DNA of 64,000 nucleotides from the IMG/VR virus record IMGVR_UViG_3300009095_000011, positions 50,227 through 114,226 of that record. One strand, written 5' to 3'. The notes below the pieces were generated by a model. The model saw only the letters and a list, made by a program, of their open reading frames with translations. It made no database searches and was not told the origin of the DNA. Shown here piece after piece: positions 18,111 through 28,980 of this stretch. Numbering within the stretch: the stretch's first letter is position 1; each line of letters begins with the position of its first letter. The position numbers and the translations under genes were made by a program. Source of the stretch: a virus. Its lineage: Duplodnaviria > Caudoviricetes.

Positions 18111-20414
18111 TTATTCATATAATCTTGTTACTGAAAATCTACAAAATTGCCACGGATTTGAGCCACTATATCCACTTAGTGCTGTTAATTTGAAATTATA
18201 ATTGGCTCCAGAATTCATAAAACTTATTAATGACAAGCTTCCTATAGAACTCCTATCTGATGCTCCAACATTATCTGATGTAAATGCATGTGTAAAGGGA
18301 TTTTCAACAGTAACTTCAACATCATTTCTAAACAAGTTAATGCGCACTAATCCATAAGCTTCTGTTTCAAGTTCTGCATTAATATCTATTCTATAATAAC
18401 CAGATGTTGGAACTGTAAAATAAGAACTGGTAATTGTGAGTCCAGACAAAGATGTTAATTGATAAAATTTAGGCTTTAATGCTTCTATAGCAGTAGTATT
18501 GGCTTCTATAAGTGATTTAATGGTTTGTAAATATGATACATGAGGAAATACTTCCCAATTTGTACCATCAAATGTACATTTAAGCAATAAATTCTCATCT
18601 GCTGCTTGATCTATAAGAAATTGATCAATATCAAGTAATTCAGTTCCTGGATTGCCTGCATTAACATAGTCTTGTACAACTTTATAAGTTTGACCACTTA
18701 ATGTAATATCAGCTTGAATCTCAATCCAAAACTTATTACCTGCACCTGCACTAATTGTTTTAAGGTTAATATAATGTTCTGTGGTAAAAGTAATTATTGT
18801 GGGATTAATTCTCTGATTAAGTGGGTTAGTACCTACCTCAAGAGAAATAACAGGATTGGCATTATCTAAATCGTGATCTTCAAATCCAAATAAATCGCCT
18901 GTTTCAATGCTTGCTATTCTATTGCTATAAGCATTACTTGCAAGTACAATAGTAATAAATCCCACAGTTGCCGATGATGTATATGTATTTCTTACTTGAT
19001 CTTCAATTGGCTTCAGGCTGCCATCTGAATTGAAAGATGTTTCTGTCAAATAGCCACTTTCGTTATCGCTTGGAATAGTAAGGATTGCACTATAATCCTT
19101 TATGTGTTTATATTGATATTGAACAACATAATTACAAGAAGGAGATTTATAAACAAGTGCATGAATCTTAGCTACATCAGTATTAACCGGATAGGAGAAT
19201 TTATTATTTGGTAAAGTTGTACTATCTCCACTGTCAGCTTTAATTATAATGCTTACCTCACTAACGTTAGGTACAATGAGAAGTTGTTGTGTTGTATCAC
19301 TGTATTTATCAGGATCAAGAACATCAAGTGTAAGATTTATTTGCGTTGCGCTTAATGTGGATTGTTTAATTATTGAATAGCTACCATCTTTAGTATAAAT
19401 TCTCCATCCATCAAAATCACCAGTAGTAAAATCACCAGTTGATTTAAATTTACCACCCTGACCACCTATGATAGTTACTCTATTTAACGAACTGTCAATA
19501 GTCCAGTTTGATGATCTCATTCCCCATGCTACCTCAATGATGTTTTTATCACGAGTAGATAAGGTACTATCCCACTTAACGCTCTCTACACCAATTAAAG
19601 GGTTAGCTGCTTTATCAAGATTTTTTACAAAGTAATTTGAAGTAGTCTTGAATATTGAATTTCTTTTATCTTGTATCTCAACATCAGTTCCTACACTTCG
19701 CACTCTTGCAAGTAAAAATTCTTGACCATCTATTAGGGTGGGAGGGGTATTAAGTGTTGTTTCTTGAACTAACGTAACAAGCGCACTATCATATACAAAA
19801 ATATTCTCATCTGCGCCATCTGGAACACTACCAGGAGCGAAAGTTCCTACAATTTGATATGTAAGGTTAGATTCGGCAGTAAATGTCCTTACAGGCTCCG
19901 TAATGCCCTGCAATACAGCAGATGTGTCGCTGATTATCTCTAATACATCATATTGACCTGTATTATTTACAGAATTAGGGAAACTAATACGAGCAGGAAA
20001 GTCGGTTCTTACACCCCTTAATGTTTTGAGAAATTCAGTACCAACTCCTGTAATGGTTCCATCTGTTGAGATAGTAATGGTTCCTTGTTCAAGATTAGAT
20101 TCAGCAAACTTAACTTTTACCCAATACCAATTACCATTTGTGGGGACAGAAATATTTGTAGTTGCAGATTTAACTATAAAATTTCCTAAACTATCGATAG
20201 CTTCAATTGCTTCGTACTTAATAGTATTATCATTGATATCTTTACTTACTTTACCATTAGTAAAATTGCCATCTGTTGAATTATTTATAAGGCCAAATTC
20301 AATGGCATTGTTGAGAATGAATTTTCTAAATCCATCATCATCAAAAAATTCTTTAGTGCGTTGAAGTTCAAATCGACCAAGGAAAAGATTATTGCTGTAT
20401 TTTATTCTGCTCAT
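18111..20414 (-). CDS. Baseplate/tail-fibre protein
   Basis: 767 aa, T/S/G/N-rich and beta-rich; short coiled coil then a C1q/lectin-like C-terminal domain (FTVPTSGYYRI). Confidence 0.6.
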   Translation of the reverse strand: MSRIKYSNNLFLGRFELQRTKEFFDDDGFRKFILNNAIEFGLINNSTDGNFTNGKVSKDINDNTIKYEAIEAIDSLGNFIVKSATTNISVPTNGNWYWVKVKFAESNLEQGTITISTDGTITGVGTEFLKTLRGVRTDFPARISFPNSVNNTGQYDVLEIISDTSAVLQGITEPVRTFTAESNLTYQIVGTFAPGSVPDGADENIFVYDSALVTLVQETTLNTPPTLIDGQEFLLARVRSVGTDVEIQDKRNSIFKTTSNYFVKNLDKAANPLIGVESVKWDSTLSTRDKNIIEVAWGMRSSNWTIDSSLNRVTIIGGQGGKFKSTGDFTTGDFDGWRIYTKDGSYSIIKQSTLSATQINLTLDVLDPDKYSDTTQQLLIVPNVSEVSIIIKADSGDSTTLPNNKFSYPVNTDVAKIHALVYKSPSCNYVVQYQYKHIKDYSAILTIPSDNESGYLTETSFNSDGSLKPIEDQVRNTYTSSATVGFITIVLASNAYSNRIASIETGDLFGFEDHDLDNANPVISLEVGTNPLNQRINPTIITFTTEHYINLKTISAGAGNKFWIEIQADITLSGQTYKVVQDYVNAGNPGTELLDIDQFLIDQAADENLLLKCTFDGTNWEVFPHVSYLQTIKSLIEANTTAIEALKPKFYQLTSLSGLTITSSYFTVPTSGYYRIDINAELETEAYGLVRINLFRNDVEVTVENPFTHAFTSDNVGASDRSSIGSLSLISFMNSGANYNFKLTALSGYSGSNPWQFCRFSVTRLYE

Positions 20415-20449
20415 ATTGTTTGTAAAGATAATTAAAATTTTTCACATTA

Positions 20450-21520
20450 TTAAGCCCAAAGGTACCAATCTTCTCCATCGCTTTGTAAATTAGCTACTTC
20501 ACCTTGAATGTTTAATACTATCTCCCCGTCAAATTCTACCATTACAAATTCTGGATCTTCCGTTATACTATAGCTTGCATTTGATTCAAATGGTACAATT
20601 GTTACTGTATTGGCTGTTGAATCTATTTTTTTAATGATAAAATCATATCCATCTGCATTAATGACATTAGGGAGAGTTATTTCCCTATTGCCAGTTGAAC
20701 AATCTACAAGGATAGTTCTGTCGTTAAGTGTAATCTGATAATCAATGCTAACTGTTTTAATTTGGAATAAACGAGTTACCCATCCTTGCAATTCTGGAAT
20801 ATCATTATCAATTGCATCTCTTAATTCAATAACAGTAGTTTCATTTGCTCCACCTTCATCAAGAATAGTATCAGTGTTTTGAGTATGCCTTTTATCGAGG
20901 GTATCTTGAATTAAAGTATGTTGTGCAGCAGTTAAATGATAATATTCATTTGTTGTTCCACCTTGAGCATTAAAAAGATTATTATGATCAAATGTTGTTG
21001 AAGCTATTTTTAACCACCTTCCCACACCAGTAGTTGGCTGCACTACTCTATTATCGTCTCCTGCCGATACGCTTGATCTGTCCAAACGATAAGTTCCAAG
21101 CGATTTAACTACTATAATTCCATTATCAGGCCATGTTGATGAACTTGTTGTATCAAGTGCTTTAAGTGCTGTAAGATCGGCTACAGGAGAAAAAATTCTT
21201 CCAGTGATTCCAGTTACAGAAGTATCTATAAGAGATTGAATATCACCTTGATTAAGTATTTTATGCCACGTAGATAAATCAGATTCTACAAAATAAGGTC
21301 TTTCGTCATCGTTCACCCATACGATCATTCCAGCATATTTGTCAGCAGAAACAAGTGCATCTCTTTCGGCAGTATCAGTAAGTGGGACGTAAAATAAAAA
21401 TGAATCCTTAATATTAGTAAGTACACTGTTATGCACTGTCCCCGTTATGGCACGGGTTCCATTGGCCTTAATTTTGGTATCAATATCTGATTTAAATGCT
21501 GACTTCTTTAAATTTGACAT
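20450..21520 (-). CDS. Tail fibre/appendage protein
   Basis: DTAERDAL..GMIVWV, HNNLFNAQGGTTNEYYHLT, ITLP..IKKIDSTANTVTI fibre-type motifs. Confidence 0.6.
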   Translation of the reverse strand: MSNLKKSAFKSDIDTKIKANGTRAITGTVHNSVLTNIKDSFLFYVPLTDTAERDALVSADKYAGMIVWVNDDERPYFVESDLSTWHKILNQGDIQSLIDTSVTGITGRIFSPVADLTALKALDTTSSSTWPDNGIIVVKSLGTYRLDRSSVSAGDDNRVVQPTTGVGRWLKIASTTFDHNNLFNAQGGTTNEYYHLTAAQHTLIQDTLDKRHTQNTDTILDEGGANETTVIELRDAIDNDIPELQGWVTRLFQIKTVSIDYQITLNDRTILVDCSTGNREITLPNVINADGYDFIIKKIDSTANTVTIVPFESNASYSITEDPEFVMVEFDGEIVLNIQGEVANLQSDGEDWYLWA

Positions 21521-21561
21521 TTGGTATATGTAAATAGTATTATTTTCACAATTTATTTAAT

Positions 21562-24441
21562 TTAAATATGATAATCATCACTGTAGTCATTTGCCGAGTA
21601 GTCACCGAGTGCATCTCCGCTTTCAACCTCAAGATAATTAACTTTGAATGTACTATTGTAAGGCAGTAAGTATTTCCTCAATCTTTGTTCAATCTGTCTT
21701 TCACTTAATTGTCCATTTCTTTTCTTTGCCCAAATTGAAATGAAATTCTTTGGAAGTATAAATCCAGTTGAATAAGGTGCATTAAGTGGTCTTATTTTAA
21801 GGTCCCATATTCTAACTTCATTACCTGTACTTATTGTTTGACTTTCATCACCTAAAAATTCAAGCTCTGCACATTGCAATTGATCTATATAAATTTCACC
21901 ATCTTCTGCAATATTTGTACTTGCATTCATAAAAGCATATATTGTACCCAAAAGATTGCCTGTAGTATTTGCAACAAAATCATATCTTATTTGCTGCCAT
22001 TGACCATTAATCTCAAAATTGCTTTTAAAAATCCTCGATTCATCTGGATAAGCAGTTAAGCCATTAACTCCTATGCCAATATCTATTTGCCCACCTGCCC
22101 TATTGGGCCAACTATCTCCATCTGTTCTTATTTGTGCTGTAATTATATATCTTCTACCAGACACTACAGATAAATTAAAAAATTTAAATAAAATGTCAAC
22201 GCCATTATATAGGCCTCCTAAAATACTACCACTACTGTGTCCATCATTAAAATTATAAGCCCTGCAACTATAACTTCCCTGATATTGAAAATTACTTGAT
22301 CTTTCTAAAGAAGCATAAGTTGGAACACCATACTCCTTAATATCTCCCCAATTATTTGACGGTTCATATTCTTCTATTACAACATTATCAACGTAAATTT
22401 CACCATCTTTAAGTAAATTTTCTCCTGTTACAGAGTTCCAAAATGCCTTTATGGGAAAGGATCTTGTACTATCTGTTGCAGTTGCAGTAAATTGCAAACT
22501 TATTTCTTGCCAAGAATCTTCAATTTGATCATGCGTTCGGTACTGTCTAACTACATTGGTAATTGGATAGCTGCCTGCTCCTGTATAAAAATTAAAATAC
22601 AAAGTTTCACCATTCCTATTGGGCCATGCATTTTGTTCAGTCCTTATTCTGGCCTTTAATATATATCTTCTGCCCGAAACTAAAGAAGGTTTAAAAGATA
22701 AATTTAAGGCAGTAAATTCTTTATTAAAACTATCTACAACAGAAACAGTAGCACTTTCATAAAAAAAACCAGAAGCTCTACAAGAGAAACTGCCAGCATA
22801 GGCATAAGTAGAAGATCTTTCAACCCAATGAACACCGTCATCTTTAGGAGATATCCAATTGGCCTCTATGTCTTCAAATGTACCATTGGTAGCATCTGTA
22901 AATATATTAGCGTTAAGCAATTGATAAGTTTCTTTTTCAGCTTCAAATGTACCGTTATCTCCATCTGTAATAATATTAGCATTTAATTGATTCCATCCTA
23001 CAGCCTGAGATATCGATATACTTTGATCATCATCTTTATCAACTGCAATATAAGGAATTAATCCATAGGTACCACTTGCAAATTTAAGATGTTTTCCTTG
23101 ACCTATTGCTAAATTGTTTTCAACATCACTTGCATTAATATCTTTTGAATAAATTATACCTCGTATAAAATAATATTTGTCAGTTTTATTAAGTTGAATT
23201 TTCTCAAAGAAAAAAGATTGATTTACATCTGTATCAATTCTTACAGGAGAAATGGAGTTGCTTGCAATATCATAAGTTCTTACTCCAAATGTTAAATTTT
23301 CACCTGCATCTACCTGACGTACAAAAAAGGTTATTTCATAGCTCATATCATCGTCAACTACTATTTTATAGTTGAGATTATTTTCACCTATGCCACTGAT
23401 TTCACCGATTGGTACATCTTTGATTGATAGAACTTGATCTCCATTATCTTCAATAATCTCAATTACACCATTGCCAAATATTGGATATTTAGCAAGATCA
23501 ACGAAGTCTTTAGTAAACTCATATCCTTTAATTGCTCCCGTTTGTCTTGATAATCCAGTATATAAAGGTGAGCTATTTTCAACTGACCATCCTATTGTAT
23601 GAGGTAAATGAACATTAAATATAAATTCATCAACTTCTTTATTGTAACAAAGAAGTCTCAATAATTCTCCATCTACTTCACTATTTCGCTGATCTTTTGT
23701 TTTATAAATTTGAGAAGTTCCTCTTTGTCTTATTTCATCAAAATAATATTCAACAAGATAGTTCTTATCTGCACTACTTGCATCATCACAAAAGAAAACT
23801 CCGCGTTGTTCAAGGAATTGAGAAAGCAATTGATCATTCTCTCTGAATTTCTCAAATTGACGTGCAAATACTACTATATAGGCAAAGAAACATGCAACTG
23901 CTCTCCAAAAGTCAATGTAATCTCTATCTATTCCATTTATATTACTTTCATCACCTCTTGTTACAAATTTTGGGACTATCCCTTGTTTATATAGTTTCTC
24001 AGTTACATTAACACACCATGCAAGTACTTCTGTAGCATGACAAGAAAAGAAATCTGCAAATATAGATTGTTCATAAGTTTTGCCACATGGAACTTCTAAA
24101 AACTGACCATCTAATTGAGTGCTATTCCATGCAAGATCAAGTGATCCTGATATTGAGAAAGATGCTGATTCATCATTAATATGAGTATAGCGATATTCTA
24201 TAATAAAAGTATCACGAGAATCTATTACAACGGCATTAAGATTATCGGCTGTAAGTTCTTGCCAGTTACTGTAATTAATTCCATCTATGGTATATCGAAA
24301 TTCCTTATAGAATCTATTATTGCCCTGCTCAGTCGTGTCGTCAATATAATCAGTAAGGGCTATAAGGCCGATTATGGGAACATTGGCTCTAATTATTAGA
24401 ACATCTCCAAATTCATCCGATATGTTTTTTGTGATTGCCAT
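21562..24441 (-). CDS. Baseplate protein with two inserted carbohydrate-binding-module-like repeats
   Basis: EIRQRGT and LRKYLLPY baseplate-type segments; duplicated NGTFE / ERSS..Y.GS.SCRA / SGRRYI..IRT / DGEIY.D. Confidence 0.6.
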   Translation of the reverse strand: MAITKNISDEFGDVLIIRANVPIIGLIALTDYIDDTTEQGNNRFYKEFRYTIDGINYSNWQELTADNLNAVVIDSRDTFIIEYRYTHINDESASFSISGSLDLAWNSTQLDGQFLEVPCGKTYEQSIFADFFSCHATEVLAWCVNVTEKLYKQGIVPKFVTRGDESNINGIDRDYIDFWRAVACFFAYIVVFARQFEKFRENDQLLSQFLEQRGVFFCDDASSADKNYLVEYYFDEIRQRGTSQIYKTKDQRNSEVDGELLRLLCYNKEVDEFIFNVHLPHTIGWSVENSSPLYTGLSRQTGAIKGYEFTKDFVDLAKYPIFGNGVIEIIEDNGDQVLSIKDVPIGEISGIGENNLNYKIVVDDDMSYEITFFVRQVDAGENLTFGVRTYDIASNSISPVRIDTDVNQSFFFEKIQLNKTDKYYFIRGIIYSKDINASDVENNLAIGQGKHLKFASGTYGLIPYIAVDKDDDQSISISQAVGWNQLNANIITDGDNGTFEAEKETYQLLNANIFTDATNGTFEDIEANWISPKDDGVHWVERSSTYAYAGSFSCRASGFFYESATVSVVDSFNKEFTALNLSFKPSLVSGRRYILKARIRTEQNAWPNRNGETLYFNFYTGAGSYPITNVVRQYRTHDQIEDSWQEISLQFTATATDSTRSFPIKAFWNSVTGENLLKDGEIYVDNVVIEEYEPSNNWGDIKEYGVPTYASLERSSNFQYQGSYSCRAYNFNDGHSSGSILGGLYNGVDILFKFFNLSVVSGRRYIITAQIRTDGDSWPNRAGGQIDIGIGVNGLTAYPDESRIFKSNFEINGQWQQIRYDFVANTTGNLLGTIYAFMNASTNIAEDGEIYIDQLQCAELEFLGDESQTISTGNEVRIWDLKIRPLNAPYSTGFILPKNFISIWAKKRNGQLSERQIEQRLRKYLLPYNSTFKVNYLEVESGDALGDYSANDYSDDYHI

Positions 24442-24554
24442 TTATAATAAATGTGAAGAAATAAGTTAATATTTATTTGATATCCAAATTAAAAGCAAAT
24501 GATTATTTAAAGTTTCCACTTTGTACAATTTAATAATTGTCTATTGCTGCCATG

Positions 24555-25265
24555 TTAACCTAAATTTGTCTTCCATCTTAATATTTCTGCCTCACTTAAC
24601 TGTCTGTTGTAGTGAATAAAATCTTTCATTTCCCCGTGAAAATCACCGAGAGGTCCTTTGCCGATTCTGTTGAAGTTGAAGTCGGTTGTTGTGTCAACCA
24701 ATACATTAATAAAGGTGTTATTTACATATATTTTCGCGGGTCTATCTACATTATTACCAACATCACCTATCGACATCGCTATGAAGAAATTTGGGTTTAA
24801 ATCCATTAATGTGTATAGAAGAGATGTATTTTCAAAAAAACGGACACGAGTTAATGTGTATTGATCAAGAATAGATTTTGAATCACTGCCAATTATTCCT
24901 TTATTGTTTTGATCAGGAGCAGTTAAACTACCTCGAAAAATTATAGTTTTTGCAGTTCCCGAATAGAATCTAAAAGATGATTCCGGTTCGTTTGCAATCA
25001 GATTGCGATTAAGCGCATAATTGAAAATTAACCCATCAGATGAAAATTGCGGCCCTAAAGATCCAGCTTTGATATACGATTTACCACTGCCTAAGTAATC
25101 ATAAATTCTGTTAACTCTCGATTCTGAATCCAATTCAATCGTAGATGGCTCGTTTGCTTTCAACCAGAAAACTATATCATCAAGAAACTTTTTCCTTTTC
25201 CCTATCATCGCCCTATGTCTCAAACTCATCATACCGGTACTATTGCTGAAAACCTCAAAATCCAA
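24555..25265 (-). CDS. LamG/ConA-like beta-sandwich virion protein
   Basis: VFWLKA, KIYVNN, FHGEMKDFIHYNRQLSEAEI. Confidence 0.6.
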   Translation of the reverse strand: MDFEVFSNSTGMMSLRHRAMIGKRKKFLDDIVFWLKANEPSTIELDSESRVNRIYDYLGSGKSYIKAGSLGPQFSSDGLIFNYALNRNLIANEPESSFRFYSGTAKTIIFRGSLTAPDQNNKGIIGSDSKSILDQYTLTRVRFFENTSLLYTLMDLNPNFFIAMSIGDVGNNVDRPAKIYVNNTFINVLVDTTTDFNFNRIGKGPLGDFHGEMKDFIHYNRQLSEAEILRWKTNLG

Positions 25266-25741
25266 CCAGTTTTTGCTTTCTTAATACTCGCCTCGAAAGG
25301 CGTTGCCGTAGCCGCATCGAAGGTAATTTCCTTATTCGTGTTATCCCACGTCCACAAATTCCCAGACGCTTCCGCGCATACTACCCCGGAAAATGCAGAG
25401 AAATCCAGTACCACGGTTCCGATGCACTCCCCGTCGATAAAGCAATGCTTCAGGTTTGTATCGTTGCTTTTCGTGATGTTGTGGTTCGCGGTCATTACCG
25501 TATCAATGGTAGCTATGACAGTTTCCAGGCTCTCGCAGTCGATAGCGGCTATTCCCGCAGCGGGTGTAATGTTTTTGTATTTGTGGGTTGCTGAAACTAA
25601 TGGTTCCCATGTGCCACTTGAATCTATATATTCTTTATATGTTTTAGGAGTTATACTTGTATCTCTCCAAAGCATATTGGTATTAGTTGGTGCAGTTGTG
25701 CCAACATGAATTGCTTTAACTTGACCTAAATTCTTAGCCAT
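25229..25741 (-). CDS. Putative fibre/adaptor protein
   Basis: GTTAPTNTNMLWRDT fibre-type N-terminus. Confidence 0.5.
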   Translation of the reverse strand: MAKNLGQVKAIHVGTTAPTNTNMLWRDTSITPKTYKEYIDSSGTWEPLVSATHKYKNITPAAGIAAIDCESLETVIATIDTVMTANHNITKSNDTNLKHCFIDGECIGTVVLDFSAFSGVVCAEASGNLWTWDNTNKEITFDAATATPFEASIKKAKTGWILRFSAIVPV

Positions 25742-26061
25742 TAATCATTATATCTTAATTGTCCTGTATTATTATCAATTGAATATTTATTTTCATCTCC
25801 TTGATTAGAAAATACAATGAGATTGCCATTTGCATCTATTGAATAATCTATTTGTGTAGGATTGTTTTTCATTTGTATTATTAATTCTCCTTCTTTATAA
25901 TTTGTACCATCGAATGTAGCTACTTTATCGCCTATAAAAGCACTTATTGTATCTGGAAGTATATTTGTATCAGTTGCTTCACGATAGCTTGTTATAATGC
26001 TTATATCACTTCCTACAATGGAAGTTACAGTTGAGGATGTTATAACTTTGGTCTCTGGCAA
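25741..26061 (-). CDS. Hypothetical virion protein
   Basis: Repeated YSIDANGNL/YSIDNNTGQL; TTG start. Confidence 0.5.
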   Translation of the reverse strand: MPETKVITSSTVTSIVGSDISIITSYREATDTNILPDTISAFIGDKVATFDGTNYKEGELIIQMKNNPTQIDYSIDANGNLIVFSNQGDENKYSIDNNTGQLRYND

Positions 26062-26063
26062 AG

Positions 26064-27260
26064 TTATGAGATTTTATTTTTAAAATACAATCCATTTCCT
26101 TCTTCATTGACGACCATCTGATTTTCATCATGAACCTTATCGTCTCCAAAGGCGTTACTTCCCGAAACTTTTTCGGTAGGGCTGTAATTAGCCAAATTTA
26201 TTGCTGCATTAAGATCGCGGTCTATTTCAAAACCACATTCAAAACACACATATTTTCTTTCTTTTAACGAAAGCTCTTTTTTTATATTACCACAACATGA
26301 ACAAACTTTACTTGATGGAAACCATTTGTTAGCAATAACAACTTGCTTATTTTGCCATTTAGCTTTATACTCAATCTGTCTCCTAAATTCACTCAATGAA
26401 ACATCCGATAAAGCTTGAGCAAGTTTGTGGTTTTTAACCATTCCACTTACATTCAAATCTTCCAAAACAATCACATCTGCACTATTTACTATTTGACTTG
26501 TGGCTTGATGTAAGGCATTTTTTCTCAAGCAAGAAACTTTGTAATGTAGTTTAGCAACCTTCATTCTTTGTTTATACTTATTGTTGCTGCCCTTAACTTT
26601 TCGAGAAAGCTTTCTTTGCTGGTGTTTTAGTGATTTTAATTTAGATTTGAGTGCTTTTGGATTCTTAAAAACGCGTCCATCCGAACATATTGCTAAATCC
26701 TTAGTACCCAAATCAATCCCAACTACAACTTGGTTTTCGCTTAAAGCAGGGGTTTCATTGGGTACTGTTTCTATATTCACGACCGCAAACCACATGTCTG
26801 CAACTCGTTTAATTACTACATTATTTACTTTTCCTTCAAATCTAATATTCTCTGCGCATTTAACATACCCCAATCTTGGTATTTTTATCTTTTTATGTTT
26901 ATGGTGACCAAAAGATTGTTGATTTTCTATAGCAATAAATGAATCCTTAACTCCTTTCTTTTTAAACTTTGGGTAATTAGCTTGTTTTTTAAAAAAATTA
27001 TCAAAGGCTTTTTGAAGATTATATATGCTATATTGTGGAGCACACTTGCCTACTTCAAGCATCCAAGGAAATTGATCTCTTTTTATTGAATTTAGCTCCT
27101 TATTTAAAGAAAATTTATTTGAATTTATTCCATTTTTATGATTCTCAATCCATTTATTTAATGCCCAATTATAAGCAAAACGAGCCACCCCACAAGATTT
27201 AATAAAAAATCTTTCTTGCTTTTTTGTTGGATATAATTTTATAGAATGAGATTTAATCAT
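26064..27260 (-). mobile_element. tnpB: TnpB RNA-guided endonuclease (IS200/IS605/IS607 family), no TnpA
   Basis: N-terminal KLYPT..Q..GVARFAYNWAL, RuvC GIDLG / VLEDL / DRDLNAAINL, Zn finger CSCC..CFEC. Confidence 0.92.
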
Positions 27261-28480
27261 TAGCTAATTGTTCTTAATGCCGTTAATTGTTGATTTAATA
27301 ATACTTGATTTGGAAAGAATACAGGAGAAAGATTGCCTTGTAAATCTACTATAATATTTCCTTGTAAATCAAATAATACAAAAGATCGCACTCGTGGTAA
27401 TTTATTTGGATCAATTGCTACATCATTTCTTCCTCCATTAATGAAGAAAAATTGATCAGGTACATATTTAGCACCTCTTGTGTTTTTAGCTATTGACAAT
27501 AGATCATCCCATTCTACAAAATCAACTCCTGATTCAAAAGTTCTGAAATCAAGTGCTTTGCTCATTCGTACTTGTACTGCTTTTCTATAATCATCTGGAT
27601 TGACAGAATCAAGTAATTGTACTCTATAGTTAATATCTATGGGTTCAAATTCAATATTGATAAGTTCTATTCCGTAACTTTGAACTCCATGAGGTCTGAG
27701 ATCAGCAAGAGAGAACATTGATTCGCCTTTTTCTAAAAGTTCTCCAAGTTCCTCAGTTGTTAGGGCTATTCCATTTTGAGTTGCAATTGCTAACTGAACA
27801 TTGCCATCACTATTGAGTCCCTGATAGAATATTTTCAATACATTGTTGTTGATTTTTATAAATGCCTGTTCAAGCATTGAGATTGTGCCTTTGGCAAGGA
27901 TATTTACACCTTCTTTTATTCTTTTTCGGAATGAATCGTCATCTTCATTGTCTCTTCCTCCTGTGGCTGCGTATTCGTTGATTACATTAGTATGCCCTGA
28001 TGGAATAGGATTGATTGTATTGAGCGACAAGGGAGGAACGTTTGTTTCACTGCCAGCTTCTTGACTTCTTACTTTTATGTAGCCAAATCCTTGATCATCT
28101 AAAGTTAAATCTTCTTCAAGATCAAATACTATTCCCTGACTTCCTTGTACTGTTTGTACTCCGGCTGTGTAAATAGTTCCAGATGTTCCGGTTACTCTAA
28201 TGTATGTACTTGATTCACTTTCAGTATATCGTGGAGCTATTCCAAAATTTGAAGCAATGAAGTCTAATTTGTTTCCTGTGGCTGTGTCAGGGAAAAGTCC
28301 GGCCTCAACGGCACTTATTTCAGTCAATGCCTTTTGGCCCACTTTAGCAATTCCGAAAGAAATACCTGACAAAACAGAGTTGTTGGAGACTTTTGTGATC
28401 TTGGAACTTTTGTTCATAAAAGTCTCAACCACGATATCTCTTAACTCTTCTATATCAGTTAGACGTGTTATCTTTGCCAA
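27260..28480 (-). CDS. Baseplate J-like wedge protein
   Basis: FPDTATGNKLD, GSETNV, ATGGRDNEDDDSFRKRI. Confidence 0.85.
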   Translation of the reverse strand: MAKITRLTDIEELRDIVVETFMNKSSKITKVSNNSVLSGISFGIAKVGQKALTEISAVEAGLFPDTATGNKLDFIASNFGIAPRYTESESSTYIRVTGTSGTIYTAGVQTVQGSQGIVFDLEEDLTLDDQGFGYIKVRSQEAGSETNVPPLSLNTINPIPSGHTNVINEYAATGGRDNEDDDSFRKRIKEGVNILAKGTISMLEQAFIKINNNVLKIFYQGLNSDGNVQLAIATQNGIALTTEELGELLEKGESMFSLADLRPHGVQSYGIELINIEFEPIDINYRVQLLDSVNPDDYRKAVQVRMSKALDFRTFESGVDFVEWDDLLSIAKNTRGAKYVPDQFFFINGGRNDVAIDPNKLPRVRSFVLFDLQGNIIVDLQGNLSPVFFPNQVLLNQQLTALRTIS

Positions 28481-28554
28481 ATTTTAATATATACATATAG
28501 AAAGGAATTACAATTTTTAGTTTTGTAAAGATAGGGAAAAGTTGGGAGAAAATA

Positions 28555-28582
28555 AAAAAAGCCTCAATTATTTTGAGGCTTT
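28555..28582 (-). terminator. Intrinsic terminator, cassette copy 1
   Basis: AAGCCTCAA-loop-TTGAGGCTTTTTTT on the minus strand. Confidence 0.8.
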
Positions 28583-28608
28583 GGTGAGAGAGTGTTTTAT
28601 ATGTTTAA

Positions 28609-28896
28609 TTAAGATTGATAATTTACCGAAACCATTTTATCAAAAAACCAATGGGTAGGTAATTTTTTCTCTGGATATTTAAAAATATATGATCTTTTGT
28701 AAATGGAGCCAGTAAAAGCTGATCCATTCAACATTTTTATAATATATTCAATTTTATTATTTGTTTTATTAATTTCCAAAACTTCCCAAAAATTAACACC
28801 TCTTGGTGGATTATTTTGTTCAATAATATCGCCAACATTAATATGTTCTGGATTTCCAAAACTTACAGGTCTATTATTTATGTATTTAGCTTTCAT
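28609..28896 (-). CDS. Hypothetical cassette cargo protein
   Basis: 95-aa ORF between the repeated promoter and repeated terminator. Confidence 0.6.
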   Translation of the reverse strand: MKAKYINNRPVSFGNPEHINVGDIIEQNNPPRGVNFWEVLEINKTNNKIEYIIKMLNGSAFTGSIYKRSYIFKYPEKKLPTHWFFDKMVSVNYQS

Positions 28897-28911
28897 TTTC
28901 TTATCTTTTAA

Positions 28912-28962
28912 TTAAACATCTAATTGTTATATAAATATACAACTTATATTTTAGATATGCAA
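28912..28962 (-). promoter_or_regulatory. Repeated Bacteroidota-type promoter + leader (copy 1 of 8)
   Basis: TTGCATATCTAAAATATAAGTTGTATATTTA...ATTAGATGTTTAA (TTG-N20-TAnnTTTA). Confidence 0.75.
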
Positions 28963-28980
28963 CTTTTGAGGAGAAATATT

